DNA from: Octopus vulgaris
Taxonomy: Eukaryota
Length of the DNA: 64,000 bases
Direction of reading: 5' to 3'
Assembly (NCBI GenBank): GCA_951406725.2
Contig: OX597821.1
Coordinates: forward strand, 38,006,001 to 38,070,000
The position numbers and the translations under genes are program-made. Under the pieces are notes generated by a model. That model searched no databases, was not told the DNA's origin, and saw only the letters and a program-made list of their open reading frames with translations. This document shows positions 25,560-40,016 of this stretch, one piece after another; within the stretch, counting starts at the first letter, position 1; each line of letters starts with the position of its first letter.

Positions 25560-27000
25560 TGTCCTCCCTCCTAGATTGATGACATTGACTCTCCACTTAA
25601 ACTGTATGTTGACACTTTCCAGAGAGATGTGAGCATGACAAGAGTCCAGCGGACAAGTGTTTTAGGGAGAAAGGTCTAAGATATTAAGTCAGTGAGGAGT
25701 TGGCGATTGTACACAACATAGGAGACGAAAGAAGGAAAGACGAATGTTACACAAAGGCCAAGGTGGCAGTGGAACAAAACCAGCCTGTTTCAAAGTGCAA
25801 AGGACGTTATAGTAGCTATAGAAAGAGCAAGAAGACACAATACTGCTGTGGATTTGATGCTGGGGAGTGAATTTATGTTAATCAGTCGAGTGTTCTTTTT
25901 CTGGATACCGATTACAATGTCGCTGGATGCAGCAGAGGCAGCGTCACTTCACCCGAGGTCAATGTAGTCTCAGTATTTGTGAGAGGAAGAACTTGCTTCT
26001 TAAACTGAGAAGAAAGGATAGTTTTTGAAATGCAACAATCGCTATGTTATCGGGTTGCTCTCACTATATAAGGTGATCGGTTACAACCTGGTCTAACATC
26101 CGAACCGATCGTGAAGGGCTTGGTTTAGTATTTGTCATATCCGATGATGTTAGTCTTATTTCAGTAGCGAATGCGATTATCTGTTGTTGAAAGGGACAAG
26201 TTTCGTCTTTTGAAAGTTCACGAAGTCAATGCAGCCTTGGTGTGTGGTCTCTAGGCTCCGTGTGAATGATGCTCATTTGGGGGAAGTTTAAGGAAGAATG
26301 AAGGTTAGCATCACATGCATAAGAACAGATATTATTTGATACAAAGTTGGTCACACACACTATGAAGGGATTTGGGGTACAGATCTGCATCTTGGGACGC
26401 ACAAGACCTGGTAGAGCGTTAGATAGTAAGAACGATGTGATAGTATGATCTGTTTGGAAGCTATTGATCCAGTGAGTCGAAAGTCGATCGGATTTGATAG
26501 TAGAAACGCATGCCAAATAAAGTGATATTATGGGCAACTAAATTGCTTTCATCAAGTTTTCTGTGAATATATTGGTTGCTGACACAGATGAGTCTCTAAA
26601 GAGTTTGACATTACGGAAACCGTGCTGGGGTCGTTAAAGAGAGAGATTGGAGTTATTTGAGGACATCGATATTGGAAGTGAAGCAGGTCGATAGTTGGAG
26701 ATGGGGAGGAGAGGAAACCTGCTTTGGAAATGGAACGCAGTGCATTTCCAAAAGTCACTGTAAATCTCTTCAGGAAGCGTGAATTTAAAGAGTTTAATCA
26801 GAACAGCCGATAACCCGACTTCACGATGATCGTGTGTAACGGAAGGGAATTGCAATCTACCAAGTTTGTCCCTTTTAGTTTCTTTAGCAGTAAATGACCT
26901 TTGAAGCTAATATTGTGAAAACTGGATGCGTTGCTGAGCATCGTTTCCATTTGGGACACTGGAGAACTGAGTGGTCTTTTTCGAAAAAGCTATCATAACA
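25560..27000 (-). mobile_element. Degraded CR1/L2-like LINE reverse transcriptase fragment
   Basis: Minus-strand remnants PISNYRPASL (NYRPISL) and ICSYACDANL (degenerate YADD), with many stops. Confidence 0.55.
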
Positions 27001-27769
27001 TTTTGGAATAGTGTTGGTGGCTTGGTCAGTTTAAAGTGACCGAATGTACTTTCGTACTTTGCCTGTATATGTACATGACTATGATGAGTTTGGTGTCGTG
27101 GAGTGGTAGATTGGTGGGAGATATTTGTGCAGTATAGAGTTTGATGCAATGTGCAGCATAGAGTTTGATCAAAGTGGCTTTGTTTGAGAGTAGTGTATTG
27201 TTCACATAACAAACACTGTTGTGAGAGAGTCGAGGATTCTGCAAGGTTGATGTAGATCATCATCATCATCATCATCATCTGCATCAAAGTGTATAACTTT
27301 GACAGCGAAGATGGATGATGAGAAATTTCTGTTTCTGAGAGAACAGGCGGGGGGGGGGGTAGTGTTAAAAGCTGATCTGTGGGGTCTAGATTTGCACAAA
27401 ATCCTTGGACTTTAGAGAAGAGAAAAGAAAATTTTCCAGTGACTTTAGTTCTGTTTGTATGCAAGTTGGAGGAGTGCCGGGTGAAGGTGCGTCGAGATCT
27501 TTGTTTCAATCCTGGCCAGAGAGAGCAGACACTGGTAAAGTGCTGAATGAGCCAGGTGGTAGCGTTAAATAAGGTGACTTGTACCCACCCCTCCACTCAC
27601 TTTTCACATTGGGGCGAGTATTCCTTGGTTAACGATATTACATTAGAAAAATGAACTATACTTAACATTTATAACTCGTCTGTCCCTCTGTTGTTACTTA
27701 TGTTTTTCTCTGTTTTACATTGAATGTGCTCTCTTTTCTAATATTTGTTTCTTTGTTTTCTCATTTTAG

Positions 27770-28007
27770 GATCCGCCTAAAGGATCTTGGAATTGTGATA
27801 GCATAACATTATACTTAATTCGATTCACAAGTTTAAAGTATGGAATTGCTCCGAGAGTCATAAAAAGGGAGGGAAACACTGCCAAGTTTCTTACTATTCA
27901 AGATCTCGAACCAGCAACCTCTTATTGTGTTGATTTAATGTTTCATACAAATAAAGGCTTCATTAGCCCGTATTCGGATAGAAAATGTGTCACGACACCA
28001 GAGACAA
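27770..28007 (+). CDS. Exon 5: FN3 #2, C-part
   Basis: ttttag acceptor. DPPKGSWNCDSITLYLIRF...TIQDLEPATSYCVDLMFHTNKGFISPYSDRKCVTTPET. gtacgt donor, phase 0 to 1. Confidence 0.9.
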
Positions 28008-28507
28008 GTACGTAACTGTCTTACACTAATGCTATTTGCCATTCATTGATTTACCAATCTCTGTGAAAACGCACACATTTAGTTAGTGTTATAAATTCTG
28101 CAAACTGAACAATTCAATAAGGCATGTAATTGAATAAGTCTTGTAAACTTTAAGCCATTATAATTCAGTAAACTCTATATTCTAGACAGCTGCAATGTAG
28201 CACTGTTGTAGAAGTCGGATAGATAAATATTACTTGTACATGATCAGAACAGCTTCTCAAAACGATGATGTGATTACATAAAGAGAGGAAGGTGTATACA
28301 TTGCCATCGTTATCTAATAAACACACAGGTTAATAAGGTTCCCGTGAAGAGTTTCTGATCGGGTATCTTAGATTATTACATTGTCCTTTCGTCGAAAAGA
28401 AAATTTGTGTACGCTGTGTAAACAAGAGTTGAATTCATAAATAAAATATTAAACTCTTGTGAGCCGAAATACGAAGCAGATAGAGAGACGCTGTGCTTTT
28501 TATAGCA

Positions 28508-28557
<50 letters not shown>

Positions 28558-28960
28558 TATATATATAGATGGAAGGAGAGAGAGCGCGCGATAGCAGGAA
28601 AGGTGTTATTGCATTTTCTATTGACTCAGATGATAAAAGCAGAGATGATGCTTGAGTATCAACGATAACAATGTTTCAGATCCTTGGATCTCTCCTCCAG
28701 ATCCAATACAGATATGGGTTTTATCAGGAGAAAATCTGACAAAAAGCTTTCTCTAAGAATGAAAGTTGAAATCTATTTCTACTTTAAGCAATCTGATATA
28801 TTGCAACCTAATAAAATTATTGTTCTATAAACAGCTAAATATATGTGTAGATGTGCATATAACTATATACATCCACACTTATTGTAAATAAGATAAATCT
28901 CTCTCTATATATATATATATTGTTTACGTATATTCATGCACACATACATACACATTCATT

Positions 28961-29020
<60 letters not shown>

Positions 29021-30475
29021 TATGAGTATTCACACACATATATGTAAATACATACGCACACATGTATATGTATACATTGATATATTTCCATCATAACTGA
29101 AACTTCAGCTACGCCTAAGACTGCTCATTCATTGGAAATTATTGTTTACTGAGCTAAAGTGTAAAATCTTTATTTTAGGCTTCTAACCATGAACTTGTGA
29201 TGATCGTCTATATTTTTCAATGGCTTAAATGGCATTAATAAAATGGAATAAAGTACCCTAATAGCTCGACGAATAATTGTATTATTTGCTAAATATTCGG
29301 AAATTGTTTGATGGGATAATGTATGGTAAACATATTTTTTCAAAGTTCATTTTCAACTGAAAGAATATAATACTTTCACGAACTGTTACAGTTGATGTCT
29401 AATTTCAGTTTCCACAGTTTTCTCCTTATTATAGACATTTGTGACACATACGCTAGTCTCTACAACATATCCCAGCTTCATAAATTAACTGTTATTTCTC
29501 ATCCTACAACTGAGGCATTTGCTTTCCAGCTTGTCTTTTACCCTGTTTTTTTTAGAAATCTATCACAAGTTACATGCCATTTCTAATTGTTCTTACAGAA
29601 AGTGAGGCTGATATTCTATAAGCATTAACATTAAAAACAAATGTGTTCGTGTGCATATATCTAAAATGTCTGTTATATTATATTTGTATATAATTGCTTA
29701 TGTTCATCCGTTTACATCTGTATGTATGTATGAATGTATGTATGTGTGGATGCATGTATTTATCTGTATGTTCTCTTCTGTTTTTATTTAAAATCTTTAT
29801 CTGAGGAAAGTGCTGGTTTCTAAAAAAAGATAGAAAGCTTCATTATTGGAATGTAGGTAATAAAATCAGTGACACGTTTTAAACTTGAGAAAAATCTTTC
29901 TCTTATTTTTACTGCTACACTCACAGATTGTGTTTGTAATGTGTAAGTTGGTTGACTTCTTTTTCTGGAAACTCTAGCTTATCCAAATTATCACTTGCGC
30001 ATTTGCTCACGAGACCAAGTGCCCCTGTTCTTATTGGTTTCAATGTGAATTATCTGAATCTAGACGCTGGAGGTTTCCAAGAAGTTGTCCATAGTTATCC
30101 TCTTTCTCTCTGATTTTCAAAGAGATATTCACATCATAGGACAGCTGATCTTTATGATGGTACATACTATATGTATGTAATTATTTATGTTTATTTCAAC
30201 ATTTCGAGCCAATAGAGAAAGAGTCGGTTTCTAACATAGATCCAATGATCCTTCATTGAACGAAATCAACCGGGTGTTTTTGTATGTATACGTGAAGATT
30301 TGTATGTTTTGTTTTATGCATGTGTATGTATTCTCATGAATATAGTTACATGACTAGACATGCTCATATGTACTTAAATGATAAACTTCTGGAAAGTTTT
30401 ACAGATGTTTACAGTTCCAATGATGGCTAGGGTATATAGTCTTCGAATCAGCTTTCTTTTTTCTGAATTTGAGAA

Positions 30476-30682
30476 ATGTATGTATATATGTATGTACGTA
30501 TGTATGCATGCATGCATGCATGCATGCATGCATGTATGTATGTATGTATGTATGTATGTATGTATGTATGTATGTATGCATGCATGTATGTATTTATTCA
30601 TGCATGCATGTATGTATGTATGTATGTATGTATGTATGTATGTATGTATGTATGTATGTATGTATGTGCGTGCGTGCGTGTG
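30476..30682. repeat. (TATG)n/(CATG)n microsatellite
   Basis: Direct reading; ends about 50 bp before the exon 6 acceptor. Confidence 0.97.
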
Positions 30683-30730
30683 CAGAAATTTCGGTATCTG
30701 TAATTTTCTGAAATCTATTCTGTGTTGCAG

Positions 30731-30951
30731 AACCACCACCACCAAAGAATTTAATGTTAAAGAAGCGACTGAGTACTTCAGTTGTTGTAAGCTGGGAACA
30801 ACCGGATAATCCCAGGGGTAATATTACAAAATATCAGATCATGTACTGGGGAATCAGCTCGACAGCGATAGGACATGAGGTGGAATCCTCCGGGTATTAC
30901 AATGAATACGCTATTACGGGTCTGAAGCCATACTCGATTTATAAACTGCAG
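30731..30951 (+). CDS. Exon 6: FN3 #3, main part
   Basis: ttgcag acceptor. KPPPPKNLMLKKRLSTSVVVSWEQPDNPRGNITKYQIMYW...ITGLKPYSIYKLQ. gtaagg donor, phase 1 to 0. Confidence 0.93.
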
Positions 30952-31006
30952 GTAAGGTTTTCTATTTTACACCGTCGCACTCCATTCTTACACACATACA
31001 TACCTG

Positions 31007-31061
<55 letters not shown>

Positions 31062-31955
31062 CTATCCATCTATGCATCCATCCATATATGTGTATGTGTG
31101 TGTCTTTGCGTGTGCGTAGTCATTTTCTCACAGTTTTCTGTGTTTTATTATTAAATGTGAACACAAAGACCTAGCAGTGTTTTGTGCCGTTCACGTCCTT
31201 CTGCCGCTCTCCCGCGAGAAGCTGACCAAATCAGTAGCTGACCGATGTATTGTAGTCAATATAATCCAGTAAAAGCTTTGACATCGGTGCCCCGGGAAAG
31301 CCACACCCCAACGCCTGAAATCAATTAAATACGATTCATGCAACCCTAATATATACTAATTGACTATTCGCCTACTAATATAAGTACATCCTCCTTTATA
31401 TGTACACATACACACAAACATATATATGTGTGTCGTCGGCATAGAGGAGTTTTTCCTTGGCTTTCATAATTCGGAACAAGCAGAAAAGAAAGGGGTATTC
31501 TTAAACTGTATACCTATTCCGAATTCGTGTAACTGAGAGTCCGTCGCTAAAGGCATCCATGTACCAGCTGGTGGTGTTGAACCAGGCTGCTCTGTTGAAA
31601 AAATTTCGATCTTGAACCCTCTAGCTATCTTTTCTCATGTTATGAGATCGAAAGTGGGATATCCTGGAGGCCCGAATAAACAATATAGCTTCTGCTGCCA
31701 GTTAATGTTCCTTTTCAGATCATTAAGAACATATATGATTACTACTTAAACTAGCGATGAAACGTTAGCTATTTGCAATTACGTGAACAAATTCGGAGAG
31801 AGAGAGAGAGAGAGTTAAATATCTTAAGCTTCACTATTTCATCGTGCATGCAATGGCAATGTTTTTCTACATTTTATTCAGACCGCATTTGTTTCTTATG
31901 TTAATGTTATTCATGCTAATCAAGAACTACTTTTCAACGAAATCTTTCGATGCAG

Positions 31956-32025
31956 GTTCGTTCAATTAATGGTGCCGGTATCGGACAGTCCGGAGAAGTG
32001 CTTTCTTTTACCACTGACCAGTCTT
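31956..32025 (+). CDS. Exon 7: FN3 #3, C-end
   Basis: tgcag acceptor. VRSINGAGIGQSGEVLSFTTDQS is the typical VxAxNxxGxG strand. gtaagt donor, phase 0 to 1. Confidence 0.9.
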
Positions 32026-32237
32026 GTAAGTTCACTGTCTTAATTTCTAGAAACTTTTAATACATATTTCTGTTTATATACAAGGTTATTAACATTCTTA
32101 AGCATGTGACAGTGTTTCGATCAATCCAATCAAATGTCAGCCAACATAGGAGAATCAATGCAACGGGACTTTCAACGCCCTTACATTTCCTTTTCATACA
32201 CACACACACACACACACACACACAATATATATATATA

Positions 32238-32648
32238 GGAGTGGCTGTGTGGTAAGTAGCTTGCTAACCAACCACATGGTTCCGGGTTCAGTCCCACTGC
32301 GTGGCATCTTGGGCAAGTGTCTTCTGCTATAGCCCCGGGCCGACCAATGCCTTGTGAGTGGATTTGGTAGACGGAAACTGAAAGAAGCCTGTCGTATATA
32401 TGTATATATATATATGTGTGTATATATGTGTTTGTGTGTCTGTGTTTGTCCCCCTAGCATTGCTTGACAACCGATGCTGGTGTGTTTACGTCCCCGTCAC
32501 TTAGCGGTTCGGCAAAACAGACCGATAGAATAAGTACTGGGCTTACAAAGAATACGTCCTGGGGTCGATTTGCTCGACTAAAAGGCGGTGCTCCAGCATG
32601 GCCGCAGTCAAATGACTGAAACAAGTAAAAGAGTAAAGAGTAAAGAGT
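32238..32648 (+). mobile_element. tRNA-derived SINE, near full length
   Basis: A-box-like GTGGCTGTGTGGTAAG, B-box-like GGTTCAGTCCC, internal TA/TG tract and (AAAAGAGT)n tail. Closely similar to 58351-58744. Confidence 0.85.
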
Positions 32649-35600
32649 ATATATATACATGCATACAAAATATCAAGTAGTAATGCAGTGCAATTTTCAG
32701 CTGCACAAAAAATAAATAGAATTTTTACCAGTCGGGCATATTGATATAATTTTTCTCAAATACTTTAACAGAGCAAAAGGATGGCAGAAATTCATGTTGT
32801 CGCTATTGTAGCTAAGAATAGACTACACTCCCAATAATCGCATGAAGCCTATTGGGCTCATAATGTTATAAGGGATTGTAATTCATTTCTAATTCAATTG
32901 TCTCTTTATCAACTACTAAATCTAAGACTAGATGATTGTCTATTTTGAATAAAGGACAAGAGTTGACAGCCAATGGCTAGGTATGGTCATAAATATTATG
33001 ATACGTATCCCCTTTTCGTCAGGGAGGAAAGAAGACATTAAGATAGTCAATTGGATATAAAGTAATTGTCTAAAAAAGAGGCTGGGTAGGGGAAAACTTT
33101 AAATCATGATGTTAATTACCAGTTAAAGGGGGAAAGACGCTAAGAAACCTAAGATGTTAATACAGAGGAAATTTTATTTTTAAACTATTGTTATGATGTA
33201 TAAAAAATAAAATTTAAGATTTTCAAAAATGATATCATAACCAAAATAGGTAAAATGTGTGTTTATATCAATTATAAATATTATATATTATAGATAATGT
33301 TAATTTGCATGTTTCCATTTTGTTATACGGTATAGATATTTAATATATTGTAATGTAGTTCATCCTGTGCTGTTTTTTTGTGCTCAAAACTTTCTAACAT
33401 TCTGAATATTACAAAACCTCAATGTCGTGAAATGAAACCCTAAATATAGTTTTATATTGAACAGTTATAGCATATCCGTCAGGCATCGAATTATTAGTTA
33501 TGCTTATAAAGAACTCATCTAATTTGTTTAACTTCTTCAGTTGTCGTCAATACTCCAAGTATTCACATATTAAAAAATGTTAAAACTTTGGACAAGCAGC
33601 TTCCATAAATGCTTTTATCTTTATTTCCATTTGTACGAGATGACTCGAATAATTGATTTATTCACACTTGTATTTATTTTAGTCCTTTTGATTACATACC
33701 ATGACAACGAGCCACATGCGAGACTTAACGATATAAATAATAAAGACAAATAGTTTTACCGTTACAGAATACGCGCATTTCTTGCAGAAAACATTCCAAC
33801 AAGTGAAAATGTGATATATCGTACATTATGAAAAGAATAAAATAGCCTAACCAACAGCAAAAATGTCATAGATGTTAATGTCTAAGGATAATTGAAGCGT
33901 TTAAAGACATTCATTTGATGCTTATTTGTGCCATAAATTTATTGGCTGTTAATTTATTTCAGTTTTCGTACTCCATTCTCACTCATTTCTATTTTTGTAT
34001 CACTTTGTTGTGATATTTTACCATCATCGATCTGATGAAACATCTTCAGTGTCTAGTTGTACTAACCATCAGGATTCAGCCGTAGTTTATTTTCAGGATA
34101 TGATTATAATTACTCTTCAGGATATGGTAGTTCTTAACCCCCAGGATAAAGATGTATTTAATTTTCAAGATATAGAAGCAGTTAATCCCCATAATATAGT
34201 TGTAATTAATGATACAGTTGTAATTAATCCTCAGGTTACAAGTGCCAAATACAAAACTTGTTAATGACCGAAATCATTGCATTTGATGATCCCCTGTTTA
34301 GAATAAGAATTCAAAATTTACGTTAAAAGGATCAGAGAATTAAAACCTTGACACATCGGAGTTTGATTTATATTCCCACATAACGCATCATTGTCCTTAG
34401 TTTGGATGCTGAACCATGTTGACAGTTCATCTTAGACTTCTTAGATTTTGGAGAAAATCTCCTATTCTAAATATAGTTCCACGTATTTTACTGAATATAT
34501 AAAATTGTTACACATAAATGTAATATCTTTTTCGAAAATGAAGCAGATATCAGAGTAAAGCAATTTCTAATGGTTTTATTTATGTCATATTCCTTAATCT
34601 GGAACTGAGACAGGAATTTGTATTGGGTTTATCAGGAGGAAGCATATATCTAGCTTTTTCTGCAAAGCTCATCTGTATGAAACTAACATTGATGTTTTTA
34701 TGCAGCTATTTAAATTTTGTTTCCAAATAGTACGATATTTTAGGATGCCAAATCTATCAACAAACATTCAGGCTGCTGCGCCGTTCAGCCGGATCTACAT
34801 TATCAGTGATGCAAATCTGATAACTATCCATTACTGATTGAGGCTAATATTTCAATTATCTAAGGGACTAAAAAATAATAGTAAGCAATTGATTATAAAG
34901 TGAAAGCCTTTACTTATTCTATAATATATCCTTCATTTGAGATATGATAACATATGATTTGATAAATATGTCATTTTGAACAAATGTTTTTAATGTAACT
35001 TAGAAAGTAAACCACGTAATTTTATACAGATTAATATACATTTCTAAACTATAAAAAAAGTAAAGTTTCATCGGTAAATATCACAAGGCAGTTTCTCTGA
35101 AACTCCAACGATTCTGCTAAGTCAATACATAGTAGTAAATGGAATAGGAAGAGATCTTCAATGTAAACGAAGGCAGCAATGCAAACAGTGTATCATCAGA
35201 TAAACTGATAAGCTGTTCTGGATATAGTTTATGCTCGGTTATTCACAAAGTCGGTTCACTCATCCGTACGCAAATGTATTAACACTAACAGTTTATTGTG
35301 ATGAAAAAAGAAGTGAATATTTTTATAGTTGGTATTTACATTTACCTTCTCAGTTATTCTTGTAATCTAACACCTATTCAGGAAAACTCTTCACTTGCAA
35401 TTGTCTTTACCTATTTACAGTGAAGTACCTACAAAGTCTCAGCGAAACGAGTATCAGGTTAACTTTCTATAGCAAAATTCTTCAATATATTTACGTAATA
35501 ATATATTTATAAATATATTCTGTAAACATATATTTCTATGGAGATTAATTGTTAAAGTGCTATGTATAAATATTTGTTGTATAAATAAGTGCACGTTGCT

Positions 35601-35848
35601 GGGTTCCATTTCACGGTATTTAAATAGTTTCTCCATTCAATGATGACAGAATATCCTATAAATGAGATTTTAAAAAAAAATCTATTATTCATAATTGCAT
35701 ATTTTAGAAATAGCAAAATGTTTCATTCATTGAGTTGTTTATTGAGTTCTTTTCTAAAAGTATGCTTGATTCTGTTGTTATATTGTCAATTTGTGTTTGT
35801 CTATATATTTTGCAATTCTCTATAAGACTACTTGAAAATATTTTCCAG

Positions 35849-35955
35849 TACCCGGCCCGGTAGGAATGTTCAAGAATATAAGTAGAACATTCAATTCCAT
35901 TACACTTCAGTGGAGTGAACCACCGCACCCCAATGGAAATATTCTATTCTTCATG
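35849..35955 (+). CDS. Exon 8: FN3 #4, N-half
   Basis: ttttccag acceptor. LPGPVGMFKNISRTFNSITLQWSEPPHPNGNILFFM (WxxPxxPNG motif). gtaggt donor, phase 1 to 0. Confidence 0.92.
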
Positions 35956-36508
35956 GTAGGTTTTGTGCTGTTTCTATTTGCTGTTTAACGCGACTATTTA
36001 CTCACCATTTTGCATTGAATATGCATCATATCTCATGAGACATTGCATGTGTAAAGAATCTCGAAGCTATTGTCTGTGTATCAGATGATCTGGATTCATA
36101 AGATACGAAAACAACTCTGTTTTTCTTTTCAATATCAATTTGAAGCTCCATTGACAATGCTTTGAATAAAATTTGATAAAAATAAACAACGTGATTCTTA
36201 AATTTTATCATATTTAACTAAAACGAAACCCAATTGGATCTCGAAAAATTTTATCATAAAGTTCTTTATCATTTAAAAGTTTCCTAATGTTTTAAAAATA
36301 AAACAATGTATTTCGTTTCTCAGTTGCTGATTTTCGGTTCATTTCTGTTTCATTTTTTCTTTGCCTCTTTCCACCTAAATTAGCTTCAACATAAATGTTC
36401 AATACTACATATGTCTCATAAATGATGCAAATTGATCTCAACTAAACATTTTATCTGTTAATATAAAATTAGCCGATATTAATAGTTTATTTGGTTATTG
36501 TTTCGTAG

Positions 36509-36704
36509 CTCTCCTGCCATTCTGCTGACAGTATGGTGAAGAATAAACCATATTCCGGAGGTGTCTTTAAGATCCCTTCAAAAGTGTTTACTCAAACGGT
36601 AGAAAATTTGCATCCAGCGACTGAGTACGACTGTAGTATTAATGCCAGTACGAGTAAAGGAAGTGGACAACGGCGACAGTTAATTGTATGGACTAAAGGA
36701 AAAG
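36509..36704 (+). CDS. Exon 9: FN3 #4, C-half
   Basis: tttcgtag acceptor. LSCHSADSMVKNKPY...VENLHPATEYDCSINASTSKGSGQRRQLIVWTKGK resembles RPTP LxPGTTYxFxIxASTAKGFG. gtatcg donor, phase 0 to 1. Confidence 0.9.
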
Positions 36705-36944
36705 GTATCGTTTGTCTTTTGATTTACTTCTTCGTGAATTATTCACCCTTTGCAGAGAAAATATTTCTAGAATGTTTTTTATCCATACCGCGGTATGAGG
36801 GTATTTTGAAGGATTACGAATCCTTCAGGATCGTGTTTGAAATTTACTCCAAGCAAATTCTGTAGTTCTTGAGAATTGTCGATATTTTCATAGCCCAACA
36901 TAATGAGTGTTAGTTAGTTGATGACGTCATCAAATTTTTAGTAA

Positions 36945-37290
36945 AACTGGTTGTGTTGAAGTGGTTTCCAGTTCAGTTCCATTCTGCGGTACCCTTGGCA
37001 AGTGATTCTTCTATAGGCCATGGTCGACCACTACCCTACGGTTGAATTTAACAGGCGGAGAGTGTGCTTAAGCCGGTCGAATATATATGTATGCGTGTGT
37101 GTTTCTGTGTTTGAGCCTCAGTGCTTGAGGACCGATGATGGTTTGTTTCCATCTTTGTAATTTAGCACTTCGGGAAAGAGATCTATAGAATAGGTAACAA
37201 ACTGAGAAAATTAGTACTAGAGTCGATTTGTTCCAGTAAATCCTTGAAGCTGTTGCTCCATTATGGCCACAGTTCAAGAAAGAAGATAAA
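36945..37290 (+). mobile_element. Old diverged copy of the same SINE family
   Basis: Recognisable blocks gttcagttcc...ccttggcaagtg...ttctatag...gtcgatttg...gctcca..atggccacagt. Confidence 0.6.
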
Positions 37291-37998
37291 AGTTATATAC
37301 ATATATGTGTGTTGTATGTATCTGTATGTGTGTGTGCATGTACACTTGTATGTGTATGTAAGTGTAGGTCCGTATGTGTTTCGGTGTCGTCTTGGCAATG
37401 TGTAATCGTTGTAAATGAACGTTACTGTTATAAAAGCGGTTTAATTCGTTTCTGAGATTTTCTGTAAGACCATGTCTAGTCCAGGGGGAAATATTACGCT
37501 GCTTAGAAACAGCTGATAGTTGGCGACTGGATAAGCCCCTGGCCACAGAAAATCTACTTCAATAAACTTCGTCCAATCTATGTGAACAGGGCAAAATGGA
37601 GATTAAAGTATTATGACGACGATGATGCTACAGAGGAATAATTAATGAATGAAACAACATTTAGTAAATATAAAATCTCATTTGCTGGAATGTACCACAG
37701 TCTCTCGGTAGATACACGTATGGACACGAATGTTTTGGCATTTTTCAAATCTGAAATTTCTTCCATTTAAAATCATATTGCTTTACAATGAAGCGTTCGG
37801 CAATTCTTTCATAATTTAATACATCGTTTACATCTCGATGCAAACACTAGAATTCCGTATTAATTTCTTTCTGTAAACCAATACTATCTACATAAAGATC
37901 CTATTTTTACTTAAACTATATGTTGCTGGTTTGATGAAGCAACGTTTCTTTAGTTTTCTGCGTCTGTATTTATTTCTTTGAATGATTTTCAATTTCAG

Positions 37999-38089
37999 CC
38001 CCACTCACACCACACAATCCCAAGATAATAAATCACTCCGACAATTCAGTGACCGTTGAATTGAAACCTCGATATGATAAAGACATAAG
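37999..38089 (+). CDS. Exon 10: membrane-proximal FN3 #5, N-part
   Basis: tttcag acceptor. APLTPHNPKIINHSDNSVTVELKPRYDKDI. gtaaat donor, phase 1 to 2. Confidence 0.88.
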
Positions 38090-38387
38090 GTAAATATTGA
38101 TAATTATATTTATATTTATATGTATATACGTAAAGTTTGAATTTGTGGTTACTGGAAACTTTAAAGACAGACATATCAGTTTTAGATACCATTATTATTC
38201 CTGTGTGTTGAAATTCAGCTTACTAAAATATTTTCAGAAGAAAATATGTTGGTAAAGAAATATAACTTTAACTCGATTTTAAATACCATGTTCGTATCAA
38301 TATATATTACTCTCAATATTGAATGCACAACTGAACATTCTGTAATCTTCTTGGAATCAATTGTATCTTATTTGTTATTTCTTGCAG

Positions 38388-38658
38388 TTTCTATCGTTTG
38401 ATAGTGGAGAGAATTACTAACGATCATGGCAGAAAGAAACGTTCTTTGCCAGCTAAAATTGCCGATGTAACTGCGGACTATTACTCTGCTCTCAATTCTA
38501 ACGACAACTGTTATGTCACTGCCCAATTCCCACCCTCCAATGTTCGAAGCCCATTCATGATCGGGGATAACTTGACCTACAGTAACTACTTCAACGGTCC
38601 TCTACAACCGGACTATGCCTATAATATATGGTTTGGAGCATTCTCAACAGTGGATGGG
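38388..38658 (+). CDS. Exon 11: membrane-proximal FN3 #5 with RKKR furin site
   Basis: ttcttgcag acceptor. FYRLIVERITNDHGRKKRSLP...CYVTAQFPPSNVRSPFMIGDNLTYSNYFNGPLQPDYAYNIWFGAFSTVDG. The FxIGDNxTYxxYxNxPL motif is characteristic of the type II RPTP juxtamembrane FN3. gtaaga donor, phase 2 to 0. Confidence 0.95.
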
Positions 38659-38984
38659 GTAAGACAGTTTTATGCAATTTCTATGAAATAAAATGCTATA
38701 AATGTTTCTCTATCTTTCTAGTGAGGGGTATTTCCATGAATTAACTCATGTGAAACAGTTGTGAATGTTCATCTTCATAGAATATTAGTAAACCAGCCAA
38801 AGAATCAATAGTCCGTCCATTGAACTGTAAGTAGAGGAGTCGGGTGCTTTAAAATTGTGTAACCCAATAAGAAGACTCATGGCATCTAACGCTACTTGTA
38901 GCCCGGTATTAGAATTCTTTTCTATTCCAACAGTCTAATCTGTTGAGTGTATATGAAAATAATAATAATAATAAGAAGAATAGG

Positions 38985-39816
38985 TGGGTAAAGAAAAGAA
39001 TTCATGGACAATTTCATAGGGATGTTGAAGATAAGATAGAGAAAAAAGGTGGCTGTTGATGACTAAAAGCGATTTAAAACCGGAAACGGAGACTCTCATC
39101 TGTGCTTCCCAAGAGCAAGCACTAAGAATAAACTACATAAAATACAGAATAGACAACACACCAGGAAGTGATAAGTGCAGAATCTGTGGACAAAATGGTG
39201 AAACCGTATGGCATATTACCAGTCAATGTACACCACTAGCCCAGAAGGAATATAAGAGGTGCCACGACAATACAGCAAGGGTTGTCCATTGGACATTTTG
39301 CAACAAATATGAACTTGACAGAGCAAAAAATTGGTACGACCATAAACCCGAAGGCATCATCGAAAACGATAATGCAAAGATCCTGTGGGATTTTATGATT
39401 CAGTGTAACCATGAGATAGAGACTACGAAACCAGACAGTCTTAATTGAGAAAGAAAGTAAACTATGCTGGATCATAGACATAGCATGTCCAGCTGACAAC
39501 AAGGTATGCGATAAAGATGAAAGAAAAGTTGAGAGATATGACAGGTTAGCTTGGGAAGTTTAGCAGTTGTGGTCGATGAAAAAGGTAGCAGTACTAATAA
39601 TTGTCGGAGCCGGGGAACAGTGAGTAAAAATCTTGAGAAATACATGGAACCAATAGAGGCTGCCATAAGAGTGGAGCACTTGCACAAAACAGCACTGCTT
39701 GGAACCGCTCGAATATTCCGGAAGGTGCTCGAAAAATAACGGGTGTTACTTTAGTTCCCTGGTAGTCAACAGCTGACACCGTAGTATATCTCCAGCGTTA
39801 GAAGCGGTGTAAATGC

Positions 39817-39849
<33 letters not shown>

Positions 39850-39850
39850 T
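38985..39850 (+). mobile_element. 5'-truncated Dong/R4-like (REL-endonuclease) LINE
   Basis: AxQEQALRxNY, CRICG...HITSQC zinc knuckle, YKRCHD, ILWDFMIQ...KPD...IDIACP endonuclease. Frameshifts present; ends in (TAA)n. Confidence 0.85.
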
Positions 39851-39970
39851 ATAACAATAATAACAATAATAATACATGAACTTCTAACTTGTCTTTTGAG
39901 GTCTCTGGATGAGACTTGGAGCCAACTTGTACAAATACAAAGCAAAAGTCAAACATATATAATAATAATG

Positions 39971-40016
<46 letters not shown>

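Noticed and set aside
28670-28704. Minus-strand CTGGAGGAG-AGATCC-aa-GGATCT-GAAAC hammerhead-like relic
   Set aside because: The core is disrupted and there is no convincing helix I or III. It is at most a decayed motif.
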